From the NCBI RefSeq assembly GCF_009914755.1, contig NC_060932.1: a stretch of 64,000 nt of DNA; one strand, given 5' to 3'. The DNA comes from the human T2T-CHM13v2.0 reference genome, Homo sapiens. Position numbers and translations under genes: made by a program. Shown one piece after another: positions 43,208-63,665 of this stretch (its first letter is position 1; every line of letters begins with the position of its first letter). Below the pieces are notes generated by a model. It made no database searches. It saw only the letters and a program-made list of their open reading frames with translations, and was not told the origin of the DNA.

Positions 43208-45122
43208 GTAACAAACTTTTAAAAATTGTGGTTGTTAAATTATAGGTGTCGAAAACAATGTTTTAATTCAGTTTTCTTAATCTGAGCATTCCATTCATGG
43301 AACAATGCCCCCTTTTTCCTCCAGTCCTCACCAAGTTAAAAATGGATAAAGATGAATTGGGATTGGGTTAAATATATTTGAAGAAATATTTGTATTTATT
43401 TGTTTTTCTTTCCTGTTTTCCTCTTAGTAGTGTTGGCGTAAGTTAATCGTTCTGAATATGTTCAGTAGTGTTTGAATCTGTTGTGTTTCCTGAGATCATT
43501 TGTAAGGCACATATTGTTCTCCCTATACCTTAAAACTAATTCCACTTTTACCACTAAACTAAGACGTTGTAGAAAGTATATGGTTGTTAACAGCACACAT
43601 CCTTATACTCAAATATCATTTCTCTCACCTAATAGCTGTGAGATTTTGAGCAAATTAATTTTCTTAAAATATGTCTTCATTTATAAACATAATGATATCT
43701 ATCTTGTTGATTTTTTAGGGTTAAACAAAAATAATGCATTGTAGGCACTTTATAAATGTTAGTTTCCTTTTATGAAGAGTATAAGTTACTCATATCATAA
43801 AAAAGCTTTAGGCCCTTCTCTGAAAATGAAGAACCAGAGGAAGATGGGCATAGGGAAGGAATCAGAACTATTAAGATGGTGATGGCTTGGTCTGGGAATT
43901 CATGTCAAGGAATGAAGGAGCCTTGATTATAGGATGCAGGTTAGTATATTTAACCTCACTCTTACATATAATACCATCATTGTGTAAACACACACACACA
44001 CACGCACACACCACACTATATGAATACAAATCATGAAACATCAACGGAAATGTAACAGCAAAAGATAATGTATGTTTTTTAGAATTGTACCCTGGTTGTG
44101 ATTCTAAAATTTCTTGGCTTCAGAAAGTGGCATTGGTCTGATTCAGGTTTATTCTTGGCTCTCACATGAAAACAGCAGGCCCGGCCAAAGGCTAAATTAT
44201 GAATCTTTCAAGTTTGACTTTGGCAAGCCTCCTCCTTTCAGCACCTTCCTTAACTCCAGGACAAAGTGGGGGTTGGGGGAAGAATGGGGAGGTGTTGACC
44301 AAAAAAAGAGAAGGGTGTGTGAAGACATTTTTTCCAGCTATTGGGATGTGAGGAAATGATGCAGGACACACCATTTCTTGGGGTGCAAATTTCCTACTTT
44401 GAGAAACACTGCCTTAAGAGATATCTGCAAAACATGTTCCCTTTTCCTGTAAGACTATAGCTGATGAAAGCATTTCACCCAGACCCGGATCAGTCAGAGG
44501 GAGTTCCAAAAATAGTAAAAGTATGTTAAGAGCACGTCTGTTGAGAAAATCACAAGATATTAGTCTCTGCAGCAGCTTTTCGTCTCTCTTCATGTATCCT
44601 CTTCCTTCATTTATGAATATTTCTTGACTCAGCCTATTTCCAAGGGATTGATTTCACAATACCTGCAATCTCCAACCTTGCCAGCTATAGGCATTTAACC
44701 TGCAAGAGGTTCAGCTGGCTCGAGTCCCTGCACCAATATCAGAGACCAGAGTCTCCTGAGGTCTTGCCTCCTCATTCCTGGTATTTGGGGCCTGGGTTGA
44801 TTTACTTCATATAAGTGAGTATCTGCCTTGGTTTCCTGCAGTGCAGCTACTCTTAAGCCTGGTCTTGAACTTCATTCAGTTAGCTGTGCTGGGGCCTCGA
44901 CATGGTTGACCAAGATTAGATTTCTTTCACTAGGAAAAATCTCATCCTTGCCCCACCCAGGCAATCTAGGTGAAGTGTATCTCAAATGCTTCCTCCTACT
45001 GGAGGCTTGTGAATTTTTATCGTCTGGCCAACACTTGTATCAAGTTATCTTCTATATTGTTATTGCTCCAACCATAAATAGGTTTGCTGAGCCATTTTGG
45101 GCACAGTGATAGGCATGGTTGG

Positions 45123-45522
45123 TGCTATGCTTTGAATGTATGTGTCCCTTCAAAATTCATGTGTTGAAACTTAAACCCCAAGGCGATGGTTTAAGAGGTG
45201 GGGACCCTTGGAATGTGATTAAGTCATGAAAGATTCACCCTCATGAGTAGTGATCTTAGAAAAGAGTTTGAAGCAAGTAAACTAGTGTCTCTTGCCCTTT
45301 GATCTCTTCTGCCGTGTGAGGACACAGCATTTGTCTCCTCTAGAGGATAAAGTAACAAGGCACCACCTTGGAAGCTGAGAGCAGCCCTCACCAGCCATGA
45401 AGTCTTCTGGCACCATGATCTTGGACTTCACAGCTGCCAGAATTGTGAAAAACAGATTTCTGTTGTGTATAAATTACCTGGTAGGTGGTATTTTGTTATA
45501 GTAGCAGGAACAGACTACGACA
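45123..45522 (+). mobile_element. MST-family solo LTR
   Basis: tgctatgctttgaatgt...cagactacgaca; 5-bp TSD gttgg (45118-45122, 45523-45527). Confidence 0.88.
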
Positions 45523-46084
45523 GTTGGTCACTCCCTTTGAGTGAGTTAGACATTCTAGTAACAGCCACACAAGTCTGTATGACCACAGCCAGAATATCTC
45601 ATGGCAAAGCTCCTAAACAACAGTGCTCATTATAGCAGTAACTGCATTTGGACAATATAATTATGTGGGTGAAAGATTGGCATACAAGATTAGGATCAGA
45701 AAGAACATTAGAGGAGGCTGATTTTAAATGCCATTTTCATACTGTGTTAAACTCCAATATATTTTTAGGTCAGTTTCTGGACTTTGCCTTTTACTCACTT
45801 GAGCTTTCAGTTGCTCCCTGCATCTTTACTACATTATCGTAATTGTTTGAATTAAATACAGTTTTAGTGTATTATAAAAACACTTTATACAGTATTTTTT
45901 CAAAATTTTCTTATGTGGATTTACTTGAGCTTAATTATTTGGGGAAATGTTTTCCTCTTCTGATCTCTTTCGTATTTTTGGCATTTTCCTCTGCATTACT
46001 GAGAAAATTTCTCAAGGTTTTATCATTTATTCTATTTGATGCAGTATTGATTCTGTTACTCTCTGGGTCTAAAGTCATTAAAAA

Positions 46085-48001
<1,917 letters not shown>

Positions 48002-48139
48002 ATGGCATTTTTTAATGTTGTCAGCTCTCTTACATCTGTCTCATCTTTCATTTTTAAATAGAATTTTGCCTTATTTAATTTCCTTGTGAAAGATACCAGA
48101 TCTTATTTAAAATTTCGTTCCATTTCCTGTAAGTTTTAA

Positions 48140-51100
48140 AAGTAGGTTCTCCAGACTTTCACATCTAATAAAAATAAAACAGGGACTGGGTTTACCTTAT
48201 GCTTGAAACATCCAAAATAAAAATAAGTAAATAAAACAGACAATATACATAAAACAATAGTTTTTAAGACACTATATCAAACAGTGAAGGACAGTGAACC
48301 TCAACAGATAGGAAACAAATGAAGTAAGCCCTGTAATTGTCCAAGCTTAACTGCCTTGAGAGAGCATCAGAAAAAGGAGGGAGAACCCAGGGGAAGCACG
48401 ATAGGCTCCTTGAATTAAGGAAACATAGCTGAAAGTCCAGGTGGAACCTGACTGCTAGAGTTTGTAAGACAGAGTACTAGAGAGGAGAAAACTACACAGA
48501 AACAGAGCACTGAAGCTCTCCAGAAGGTCCACTTTGAGTGTTCAGCATTGTATAGAGCAGCATATGAGAAAGAACATACTTGGGAGAAGAAAATTTAAAA
48601 TAATTACAGGGAATAGTGCCTGATGCTTATCTGGGCCTGAAAAAGTGCCTGCCTCCAACAGAGTGGGAAACTTTATGATTAATGGGGTCATTGGATAGAG
48701 TACCAAGAAGGGTTTTGACTCAATAGTGGGAAACTATGATTACTATAGATAAAATGTTTCTTTGGTCCTGTCTAGCAAATCTTCATAGCAAGATCCGAAA
48801 GGATCAAACTATTTCCAAAATACTTAATTACATACCAGAACAAAGCTTGAGAATATAGAAATACAAAAAATATCCAGCATCCAACAAGGCAAAATTAACA
48901 ATATCTGGTATCCAATTAAAGATTGCTAGATACACAAAGAAGCAGGGAAATATGACCCATTATGAGAAGAAAAATAGTCAATGAAAATCAACCTAAAACT
49001 AACACGGATATGGAGACTCAGCAGACAATGACATTAAAAGAGTTAATATAACTGAGTTCGGCATGGTAACAATGATAGAGAAATGTAAGTTATTTTAACA
49101 ATCTAAATGAAACCTCTAAAGATGAAAACTAAACAATGTAAGATGAAAAATGAAGGGATGTGATTAATGGCAGAATAGACATTGCAAAAAAATATTATTA
49201 AACTTGGAGACAAAGCATCAGAAACTTTCAAAATAAAACAGAAAAAAAGTTTAATGAAAAGAACATCAGTAAGCTGTGAGACATCATTAAACAGCCTATA
49301 TATGCAATTAAGTCTCTGAAAGAGAAGAGAGATAAGGGAACAGAACAAAATATTTGAAGAAATTATGGCTGAATGTTTTCCAATTTTGATGAAAAGTATA
49401 AACCCATAGCTTCAAGAATCTAAACAAATTCCAAATAAAAGAAGCATAGAGAAAACTACAGTAAGGCATGCCATAATCAAATTTCTCAAAGCCATTGATA
49501 AAAAAGAAAGCTTAAAATCAGGCAGAGAAAAAGTATAAATTATGCATAAGACAACAAAGATGAACACGAAAGATTTCTTTTCAGGAATAAATTAAGCAAG
49601 AAAGTGAAGTGACATCTTGAAAATATTGAATGAAAAAACTGTCAATTTAGAATTCTCTACCCAGAAAAAAAACTTTAAAAAATGAAGAGAAAATGGAGAC
49701 TTTTTCAGATAAAAAAGAAAAAAAATTCATCATCATCCCTACAAGATATGATAAATTCTTTCAGGCAGAAGAAAAATGATAGAAGATGAAAACCTGAATA
49801 TACATGAAAGAATGACAGGAAATAGAAATACTAACTACAATGGTGATTATACATAACTTTCTTACCATTTAAACATTGTTAAAAGATAATCAACTTTGTA
49901 AATAAAAATAATACCACCATATTTTGAGGTATACAACATAGGTATAAGTAAAATGTATGACAAAATAGTGTAAAGATCAGAAGGGGAAAAATTGTATATT
50001 TTTATGAGGTCATTTATATGCATATTATATTTTTATGAGGTCATTTATGAGTATATTATTATGAGGTCATTTTACTATATGTGAAGTGGTATAATACTGC
50101 TTTAATGTGGATTTTATTAAGTTAAAGATGTATATTATAAACCATGAAACAAACAGTAAAATAACAAAATAAATAAATATAGCTTATATGCCAAAAAGGG
50201 AGTTGAAATATTTGATTAATACAAATTAAAATATATTATTAATCCAAAAAAGTAGGAAAGAGGAACAAAGAGTAGATGGGCCAAATAAAAACCACATAGG
50301 AAGATAGTAGCATTAAACCTAACCATATCACTACTTACATTAAATGTAAATGGTTCAGACAGTCTAATTAAGTGGCAGAGATTGTCAGACTGGATTAAAG
50401 TACCTCTGAAAAGAAACATATTTTAAATATAAAGACACAAAGGGGTTAAAGGTGAAAGAATGGAAAAGATACACTAAGCTAACACTAAACAAAAGAAAGT
50501 TGAAATGACTATAGTAAAATCAGATATAGTAGATTTCAAAGAAAATAATATTATTGGGGATAAAGAAGGTTACCTCATAATGATAAAGTGTTCAATTTAT
50601 TAAAAGGGCATAACAATCCTAAACATTTATGGACCTAATATTAAAGCTTCAAAATACATGAAGCAAATTCCGATAGAGCTATAAGGAAAAATAGACAAAT
50701 CCATGATTATCGTTGGAGATTTCTATACCTGTCCTTCAATGATTGATAGAACAGGTATATAGAAAATCAGTAAGCATATAGAAGACTTAAACACCATCAA
50801 GCAACTTGAAATTTATAGGATACTTTACCCAGCAACAACAACAAAAACACATATTAGTTTCGAGTGTACATAAAACATTTATCAAGACAAAATATATTCA
50901 GGGCCACATGACAAGACCAAATAAATTTTAAAGGCTTCAAGTTATATGAAGTGTGTTCCCTCAATTAGAATGAATTAAATAAAAAATCAATAATAAAAAG
51001 AAGGATCTTTTAACTATTTAAAAATATTTGGAAAATAAACTTTTAAATAATTCAAGGATTGAAGGGAAATCAAAAGAAATATAGAAAGTGTTTTTAGCTC

Positions 51101-51660
51101 ATAAAATAAAAACACAGCATATAAAAATGTGTGTGATTCTACTAAAGCAGTATTTAGGGTGGAATTTGTGGTATAAAAACTGTATTATAAATACAACATA
51201 GCAAACTGTATAGTATATTGTGAATAGAGTATAGCAAACTATATTGTAAGAGAAGAAAATTCTCAAATCAATGATCACTGCTCCAACTTGAAAACTGGAA
51301 ACTAGAAAAAGAAGAGAAAACAAAACCCAAAGTGGGCAAAAATGTAATAATATCAGAGCAAAAATAAATAATATAGAAAACAGTTAAACATTATATAAAA
51401 TAATTAAAACCAAAAGATGGTTCTTTGAGAAAAATAGATACAATTGATAATCCTCTAGAGAGACTAGAAGAAAAAGAGAGAACACATAAATTGCCAATAT
51501 CAGAAATTTAGAGAGGTGATATCACAATAGTACCTACAAATATTAAATGGATAATGGAAGAATATTATGAACAACCATATATCAATAACTTCATCAGTTT
51601 AGATCAAATGAATAAATTCTTTGAAAGATGTAATCACCAAATGTCTCTCAAGAAGAAATA
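48140..51660 (+). mobile_element. Old L1M element A (5' region, ORF1, ORF2 endonuclease), 5' part
   Basis: ORF2 start motif acattaaatgtaaatgg (~50337); breaks at ctcaagaagaaata. Confidence 0.8.
49996..50072. repeat. Three-copy imperfect tandem repeat (ttatgaggtcattt core)
   Basis: Seen directly. Confidence 0.8.
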
Positions 51661-54600
51661 CAGGACAACTTTTGGGAGGATGCCATGAGAATCTTCCTCT
51701 GATGGAAGCTCCACTCTGTACAGTTGTGGTCAAGAAGGCTTTCTTTTCTCCAAGTCGAGGGTTATGGCATCTCCCTGGAAGGAGAAGGTCGCCACCGTGT
51801 TATCCCTCTAGATCTTTGTCGTGGAGGTGAAATTCCAGACTTGGGCAGCCAAGAGTTTGAAGATCCCTTCTTCCACCCAATTCTCACTCATGGGGTAGAA
51901 GCTCTATTCCAAGAAAAAAGGTGAAGAATATGGGGGCTCTGATTATACTCACCCTAGTTTACTCATGGGGCAGAATTTCCACACTAAATTAGGCGAGGTG
52001 AAATGACCAGAGACCACTGTCCCCACCCAGTACTCTACTCATAAATTCCATTGTCACTCAGAGAGAAGTGGGCCACCATTCCTGCTCCTGACTCCTGAAC
52101 AGGGGCTCAGAGATTTTTCCCAGGAGAGAGACAGACCATAAGAAGAGAGAGCTCCAAAGCTCTCCTCAAAGGCAGAGTTTTAATTTAGAATAAAGTGTTG
52201 AAAAGTTAAAGTTAAATGGCACTTTTGAAAGCAATAGAAATTTTGGTAGCAGGCAATTAAGAGGAAATTAGTAGCTTAATGAGAGCAACAAGGTAAACTG
52301 TAGGCCAGCTAGTTTATTGGAGAGAATGAGCATTTCTGTGATTAGAAAAAAACTCAAAGACTAGCCTCAAAAATTGCTCCTGTGAAGATGCCTAAATGTA
52401 ATTAATCAGACTGTGGAGCAATTTATGCTCCATGGCATCATCAAAACCGATAGAATAATCAGCTGGCAATTAGTGGAGCTAACAGCTGGCTGTGATACCA
52501 ACAGAGACAGACAGCCTAATGGGGAAAGAAATAGTCAAACTGCTGTTATCTCAGGATAACTGTGTTTTTCCTGGAGGCTGTGCCCTCTCAGTAAGGACAT
52601 CAGAGGCTTCATACTGTGGGGGAAATATAATTAACTAAAATAATTCATTCAAATTATTAAACAAATAAAAATTCTGGAGAATGGGGAAAGGTGTGATAGG
52701 GTTCAGCATTCAGAGTTGCTGCAATATGTACTAAAAAAAGTACCATTTAAAAATATATAAGACATGAAAAAGCAGGAAAGTGTGACATATACTCAGCAAA
52801 AATTTGGAGCAACATCACTGTATTTCAATGGGATTAAGTATAAATCTGAAGTAGTTTATTTCAAGTTAAGATGTATATGGTAAACTCAAACACTTACTAA
52901 AGAAATAACTAAAAAAAAAAGGATACTTGAAGAAACTAAAATGTTGCATCACAAAATATTCACTTAGTGTAAAAAAAAGCAGTAGCAAAGAAGTAGAAGA
53001 ACAAAAAAGACATGAGACATAGAGAAAATAAAAAGTAAAATGGCAGAAATAAACCCAACTTTATCAACAATAGGATTAAGTGTTAATGAATTAAATAATT
53101 CAAAAAAGGCAGAGAATGTCAAACTAGATTGGAAAACTAGGTTTAATTATATGCCATTTCTAGGAGATAAACTTTGGATTCAAAGATACAAATAGATTGG
53201 AAATAAAGGGAAGAAAAAGTATACAGCATGCAAACAGCAACCAAAAGAAAGCTGAAGTGGCTATACCAATATCAGAGAAAATATGTTTTCAAAATGAACT
53301 TTAAAACAAAAATATTTTAAAGAGAAATATTTTTAATGATAAAGAATCAATACATTAGGAAGATATAACAATTACATATATAGATATATGCACCTAACAA
53401 CAGAATCCTCAACACCAGATAACTAAAGAGAGAAACAGACAATTTTCACAATATAGTTGGAGACTTTAACACATTACTTTCAACAATAGATAGAACAAGT
53501 AGGCAGAAAAGCAACAAGGAAGTAAAAGACCTGAACTACACTATAAACCACTAGACCTAATAGACATGTATGAAACACTCCATCCCCAGTGACATCAGCA
53601 TACAGATTCTTGTCAAGCACACATGGAGAATTATCCAATAAATAAAATGGTAAGGCATAAAACAAGTTTCAATAAGTATAAAGAAATGGAAGTAATACAA
53701 AATATGTTCTCTAACCACAATTGAATGAAATTAGAAATCAATAGTGGAAAGAAATTAGGGAAACAACACATTCGTAAATAACAAGTGGATCAAAAAAGAA
53801 TTATCAAAAAAGAGGAATTAGAAAATCACTTGAGATGAATGACTTTGAAGACACAACATACCATAATATATGAGATGCAGCTAGAAAAAGTCAGTGCTTA
53901 GAGGTCACTTATTGTTGTAAATGTCTATATTAAAAAAGGAGAAAGAATTCATATTAACCACCTAAACTTCCACTTAAAGACACTGGAAAAAAATCACAGC
54001 AAACCAAATTTAAAGTAAGCAGAACAAAGAAAATAATGGTGGTTACAGTGGAAATTAGTAAAATACAGAATAGGAAAGCAATACAGAAAATAAATGATTC
54101 TCAATACAGAAAATAATAATTTTTATCATTTCATATATTTTAAATGATCAAAAAATTGAAAAATATTTAGCTAGATTAATCAAGAAAAAAGAAGAGTCAA
54201 ATTACTAGAATCAGGGATGAAACAGAAGATATCACTACAGATCTAACAGAAATAAAAAAGTATTATAATGGAATAATATAAACAATTGTATGCCAAAAAT
54301 TTAAATAATTAGATAAAATATACAAATTCTTAGAAAGACACAAACTATAGAAAATGACTCAAAAAGAAACAGAAAACTTGAATAAATCTGTAACAAGTTA
54401 TAATAAGTGAAGAAGTTGAATTAATAATCACAAATCTACCCACAAGGAAAAGCCCAGGCCTAGATGGTTTTGCCAATGAATTCTAGCAAACCTTTAAAAA
54501 ATAATTAACACCAATCCTTCACAAAGCCTTCCAAAAAAATAGACAAGAAAGGACTACTTTTCAGCTTATTTTAGAAGTTAGCATTATCCCAATACTAAAT

Positions 54601-55988
54601 TCAAAATATCACAAGAAAATAAAACTGCAAACCAACATCTCTTATGAATATGAATGCAAAATCCTCAACAAAATACTAGCAAACTGAATCCAGCAACATA
54701 TGAAAAAATTATACACTGTGAACAAGATGGATTTATCCCAGTGATGCAAGGTCGGTTTAATATCTGAAAATCAATTACAATAGAATATAAAACAAAAACC
54801 ACATGATAATTTTAATAGATGCAGAAAAAAATGTTTAATAAAATCCAACACTCTGTCAGGATAAAAACAGTCAACAAATTAGGAATATATGGGAACTTCC
54901 TCAATTTGCAAAATGGCATCTATAAAAAAGCCACAGCTAACCTTAGAATTAATGGAGAAAGACTAGAAATGTTACCCTAGGATTGGTAACAATACAAGGA
55001 TGTCTGGCCTTGCAACTTCTGTTTAACATTGTACTGGAGGTTTTGGCCAAGACAATTAGGCAAGAAAAAGAAATAAAAGGCACTGGAATTGGAAACGAAG
55101 TAAAACTATCTGTATTCACTGATGACATAATCTTTTATATAGAAAGTCCTAAGAAATCTACTTAAAAATGATCAGAACTAGTCAACAACTTCAGGAATAT
55201 TGCAAAATATATTAATATACAAAAATAAATTGTATGATGGATATTCCAATTACCTTGATTTGACTACGTGAATGTATCAAGTTATCACATGTACCTTGAA
55301 AATATGTACATCTATTATGTATGTATCAATAAAAAAAGAAAAAATTAACTGTATTTTCATACACTTGCAATGGACAATCCAAAATGAAATTTAAAAAACA
55401 ATTTCATGTGCAATAGCATCGAAAGAATAAAATATATATGTGTAAATTATCAAAGAAGTTCAAAACTTTTACTCTGAAAATTACAAAACATTGTTCAAAG
55501 AAATTTTTAAAAGCCTTAATGATAAAACAGTCCATGTGCATGCATTAGAAGACAAGTATTGTTAAAATGGCTATATGCATCAAAGTGATCCAACTGATTC
55601 ACAGATTCAATAAAATCCCGTGAGAATCCCTCCCGACTTGTTTATAAAAGCTGACTAGCTGATTCTAATATTTATATGGAATTGCAAGGAACCAGGATAG
55701 TCAAAACAGTCTTGAAAATGAACAGCAAAGTAGGAGGACACAAAGTTACTGATTTCAAAACTTTCTTTATTATTATTATTATTATTATATGTTAAGTTTT
55801 AGGGTACATGTGCACAACGTGCAGGTTTGTTACATATGTATACATGTGCCATGTTGGTGTGCTGCACCCATTAACTCATCATTTAGCATTAGTTATCTCT
55901 CCTAATGCTATCCCTCCCCCCTCCCCCCACCCCACAACAGTCCCCAGTGTGTGATGTTCCCCTTCCTTTGTCCATGTGTTCTCATTGT

Positions 55989-59814
<3,826 letters not shown>

Positions 59815-59877
59815 TATGATGTTAGCTGGTTATTTTGCTTGTTAGTTGATGCAGTTTCTTCCTAGCATCGATGGTCT

Positions 59878-60895
59878 TTACAATTTGGCATGTTTTTGCA
59901 GTGGCTAGTACTGGTTGTTCCTTTCCATGTTTAGTGCTTCCTTTAGGAGCTCTTTTAGGGCAGGCCTGGTGGTGACAAAATCTCTCAGCATTTGCTTCTC
60001 TGTAAAGGATTTTATTTCTCCTTCACTTATGAAGCTTAGTTTGGCTGGATATGAAATTCTGTGTTGAAAATTCTTTTCTTTAAGAATGTTGAATATTGGC
60101 CCCCACTCTCTTCTGGCTTGTGGAGTTTCTGCCAAGAGATCAGCTGTTAGTCTGATGGGCTTCCCTTTGTGGGTAACCCGACCTTTCTCTCTGGCTGCCC
60201 TTAACATTTTTTCCTTCATTTCAACCTTGGTGCATCTGACAATTATGTGTCTTGGAGTTGCTCTTCTTGAGGAGTATCTTTGTGGCATTCTCTGTGTTTT
60301 CTGAATTTGAATGTTGACCTGCCTTGCTAGATTGGGGAAGTTCTCCTGGATAATATCCTGCAGAGTGTTTTCCAACTTGGCTCCATTCTGTCCGTCACTT
60401 TCAGGTACACCAATCAGACATAGATTTGGTCTTTTCACATAGTCCCATATTTCTTGGAGGCTTTGTTCATTTCTTTTTATTCTTTTTCCTCTAAACTTCT
60501 CTTTACGCTTCATTTCATTCATGTTGTCTTCCATTGCTGATACCCTTTCTTCCAGTTGATCACATAGGCTACTGAGGCTTGTACATTCATCACGTAGTTC
60601 TCATGCCATGGTTTTCAGCTCCATCAGGTCCTTTAAGGACTTCTCTGCATTGTTTATTCTAGTTAGCCATTCATCTAATTTTTTTTCAAGGTTTTTAACT
60701 TCTTTGCCATTGGTTCGAACTTCCTCCTTTAGCTCGGAGTAGCTCGATCTTCTGAAGCCTTCTTCTCTCAACTGGTCAAAGTCATTCTCCGTCCAGCTTT
60801 GTTCCATTGCTGGTGAGGAGCTGCGTTCCTTTGGAGGAGGAGAGGTGTTCTGATTTTTAGAGTTTCCGTTTTTTTTTGCTCTGTTTTTTCCCCAT
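59878..60895 (-). pseudogene. L1 ORF1p, disrupted
   Basis: Fragments 60601-60807 and 59905-60534 (EQSLQEIWDYVKRPNL...YPAKLSF); stops and frameshifts. Confidence 0.93.
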
Positions 60896-61471
60896 CTTTG
60901 TGGTTTTATCTGCCTTTGGTCTTTGATGATGGTGACATACAGATGGGTTTTTGGTGTGGATGTCCTTTCTGTTTGTTAGTTTTCCTTCTAACAGTCAGGA
61001 CCCTCAGCTGCAGGTCTGTTGGAGTTTGCTGGAGGTTCACTCCAGACGCTGTTTTCCTGGGTATCAGCAGCAGTGGCTCCAGAACAGTGGATATTGGTGA
61101 ACCGCAAATGCTGCTGCCTGATTGTTCCTCTGGAAGTTTTGTCTCAGAGGAATACCCGGCCATGTGAAGTGTCAGTCTGCCCCTACTTGGGGGGTGCCTC
61201 CCAGTTAGGCTACTTGGGGATCAGGGACCCACTTGAGGAGGCAGTCTGCCCATTCTCAGATCTCAAGCTGTGTGCTGGGAGAAACACTACTCTCTTCAAA
61301 GCTGTCAGACAGGGACATTTAAGTCTGCAGAGGTTACTGCTGCCTTTTGTTTATCTGTGCCCTGCCCCCAGAGGTGGAGCATACAGAGGCAGGCAGGCCT
61401 CCTTGAGCTGTGGTGGGTTCCACCCAGTTCCAGGTTCCTGGCCACTTTGTTTACCTACTCAAGCCTCCGCA

Positions 61472-61978
61472 ATGGCAGGCGCCCCTCCCCCATTCTCACT
61501 GCTGCCTTGCAGTCTGATCTCAGACTGCTGTGCTAGCAATGAGCGAGGCTCTGTGGGCATAAGACCCTCCAAGCCAGGTGTGGGATATAATATCCTGCTG
61601 TGCCATTTGTTAAGCCTGTTAGAAAAGTGCAGTATTAGGGTGGGAGTGACCCGATTTTCCAGGTGCCATCTGTCACCCCTTTCTTTGACTAGGAAAGGGA
61701 ATTCCCTTACCCCTTGTGCTTTCTGGGTGAGGCAATGCCTCATCCTGCTTCAGCTCATGCACGGTGTGCTGCACCCACTGTCCTGCACCCACTGCCTGGC
61801 ACTCCCCAGTGAGATGAAGCCAGTACCTCAGTTGGAAATGCAGAAATCACCCGTCTTCTGCATCGCTCACACTGGGAGCTGTAGACTGGAGCTGCTCCTA
61901 TTCAGCCATCTTGGCTCCACCCCGATTTCAAAACTTTCTACCAAGCTGTACTCTCAAATCAGTATTATACTGACATAA
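61472..61978 (+). CDS. L1 antisense ORF0-like reading frame, extended (168 aa)
   Basis: MAGAPPPFSLLPCSLISDCCASN... matches the ORF0 N-terminus; frame stays open past the L1 5' end. Translation not shown. Confidence 0.45.
   Translation: MAGAPPPFSLLPCSLISDCCASNERGSVGIRPSKPGVGYNILLCHLLSLLEKCSIRVGVTRFSRCHLSPLSLTRKGNSLTPCAFWVRQCLILLQLMHGVLHPLSCTHCLALPSEMKPVPQLEMQKSPVFCIAHTGSCRLELLLFSHLGSTPISKLSTKLYSQISIILT
61903..61914 (-). promoter_or_regulatory. L1 5'UTR YY1 site (internal promoter)
   Basis: ccaagatggctg on the minus strand about 10 nt from the L1 5' end; CpG decayed. Confidence 0.7.
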
Positions 61979-62951
61979 GGATAGACACATAGATCAATGA
62001 ACCATAATTGAGAGTCCAGAAAAAAAGTATGTGTCTATGGTCAACTGACTTTTGACAAGAGTACCAAGACTTCAATGGGGGAAGGGATAGTCTTTTCATC
62101 AAATGATGCTAGGGCAACTGAATGAATAACCAAATGCAAGGGAATGAAGTGGAGCCCCTTTCTTATATGATATGCCAAAATTAATTCAAAATGCATTAAA
62201 GATCTAAATGTAAGAGCTAAAACTATAAAATTCTTAGAAGCAAACACAGGGATAAGTATTCACAATCTCATATTAGGTAATGGATTCTTAGGTATAACAC
62301 CCAAACCACAAGCAACAAAAGAAATAATAGATAAATTGCACTTCATATACATTAAAACCTTTTGTACATCAAAAGAAACTGTCAAATGGTAAAAAAGCCA
62401 CCCACAGTTTGGGGAAAAATGTCTGCAAACCATATACCTGACAAATGATTTGTATCTAGAATATGTGAATATGTTTTACAACTAAAATTTTAAAAAATGA
62501 AATAAACCAATATACAAGCAGAAAAGGATGTGATTTAATATTTTTAAAAATATATGCAAGCAGTTAAAAAGCAGATAAAAAGATGCTCAACAGCATTAGA
62601 CATTAGAGAAATGCAAAACAAAACTACAATGATATACCACTTTGTACCCAAGAACACGGATATACTAAAAAAGACACAACAAGTGTTGGTGAGGGTGTAG
62701 ACAAATCAGAACTTTCTACACTGTTGGCGAGATATGACCCAGGAATTCTACGCCTAGACATATACCCAAGAGAAATGAAAATATATGTCTACACAAAAAG
62801 TTGTATCTGAATGTCCATAGCAACATTTGTACTCCAAAAATTGGCAATGATCCAAATGTCCATTAGTTAATGAATGGATAAATAAAATGTGGTATATTCA
62901 TACAATAAAATATTTTTCAGGAATAAAAAGAAGGAAATACCGATAACTGTT

Positions 62952-63327
62952 TATCTTAGTAAATTTGGGCTACTATAAAAAATTACATAGACTGAATGGC
63001 TTAAACAATAAACATTTATTTCTCATAGTTCAGAGGCTGGGAAATCCAAGATCAAGGTGCCCAACAGATTGGTGTCTGGTGAGGACCCACTTCCTGGGTT
63101 GCAAATGGCTGTCCTCTCCTTGTATCCTCGCATGGTGGGAAGAAAAAGAGGAAGCAGACTTTCTTATGATTTTTATAAAGGCACTAATCCCATTCATGTA
63201 GGTTCCACCCTCATCTAATCATATTAATAATTACCTCTCAAAGGCCTGGCCTCTAATACCATCACATTAAGGGGTACAGTTTCAACATATGAATTTAAGG
63301 GTGGACATAAATGTTCAGTCCATAACA
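62952..63327 (-). mobile_element. MLT1A/MSTD-like LTR
   Basis: tatcttagt...ggcttaaacaataaacatttatttctcatagttc...gttcagtccataaca; TSD ctgtt/ctgct. Confidence 0.85.
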
Positions 63328-63665
63328 CTGCTACACCATGAATGCAATTTGAAAGTGTTATGCTACGTGAAATAATCTCTTTACAAAAGACCACACATTG
63401 TATGACTCCATTTACATGAAATGTCCTAAATAGGAAAATCTATACAGAGAAAGCAAATTAGTGGTTGTTTAGGGTTGAACAGGTGGAGGTAATTGGGGAC
63501 TGAGTGGTAATGAGTATGAGGTTTCTTTCTGAAGCAATAATATGTTCTGAAATTGGTTGTGATGATAGCTGCACAACTTTGTGAATAAATTTAAAACAAT
63601 GAACTTGTATACATTAAAGAGGTGAATTACATGGTATATGGATTACATCTTTAGAAAATGGGTGG

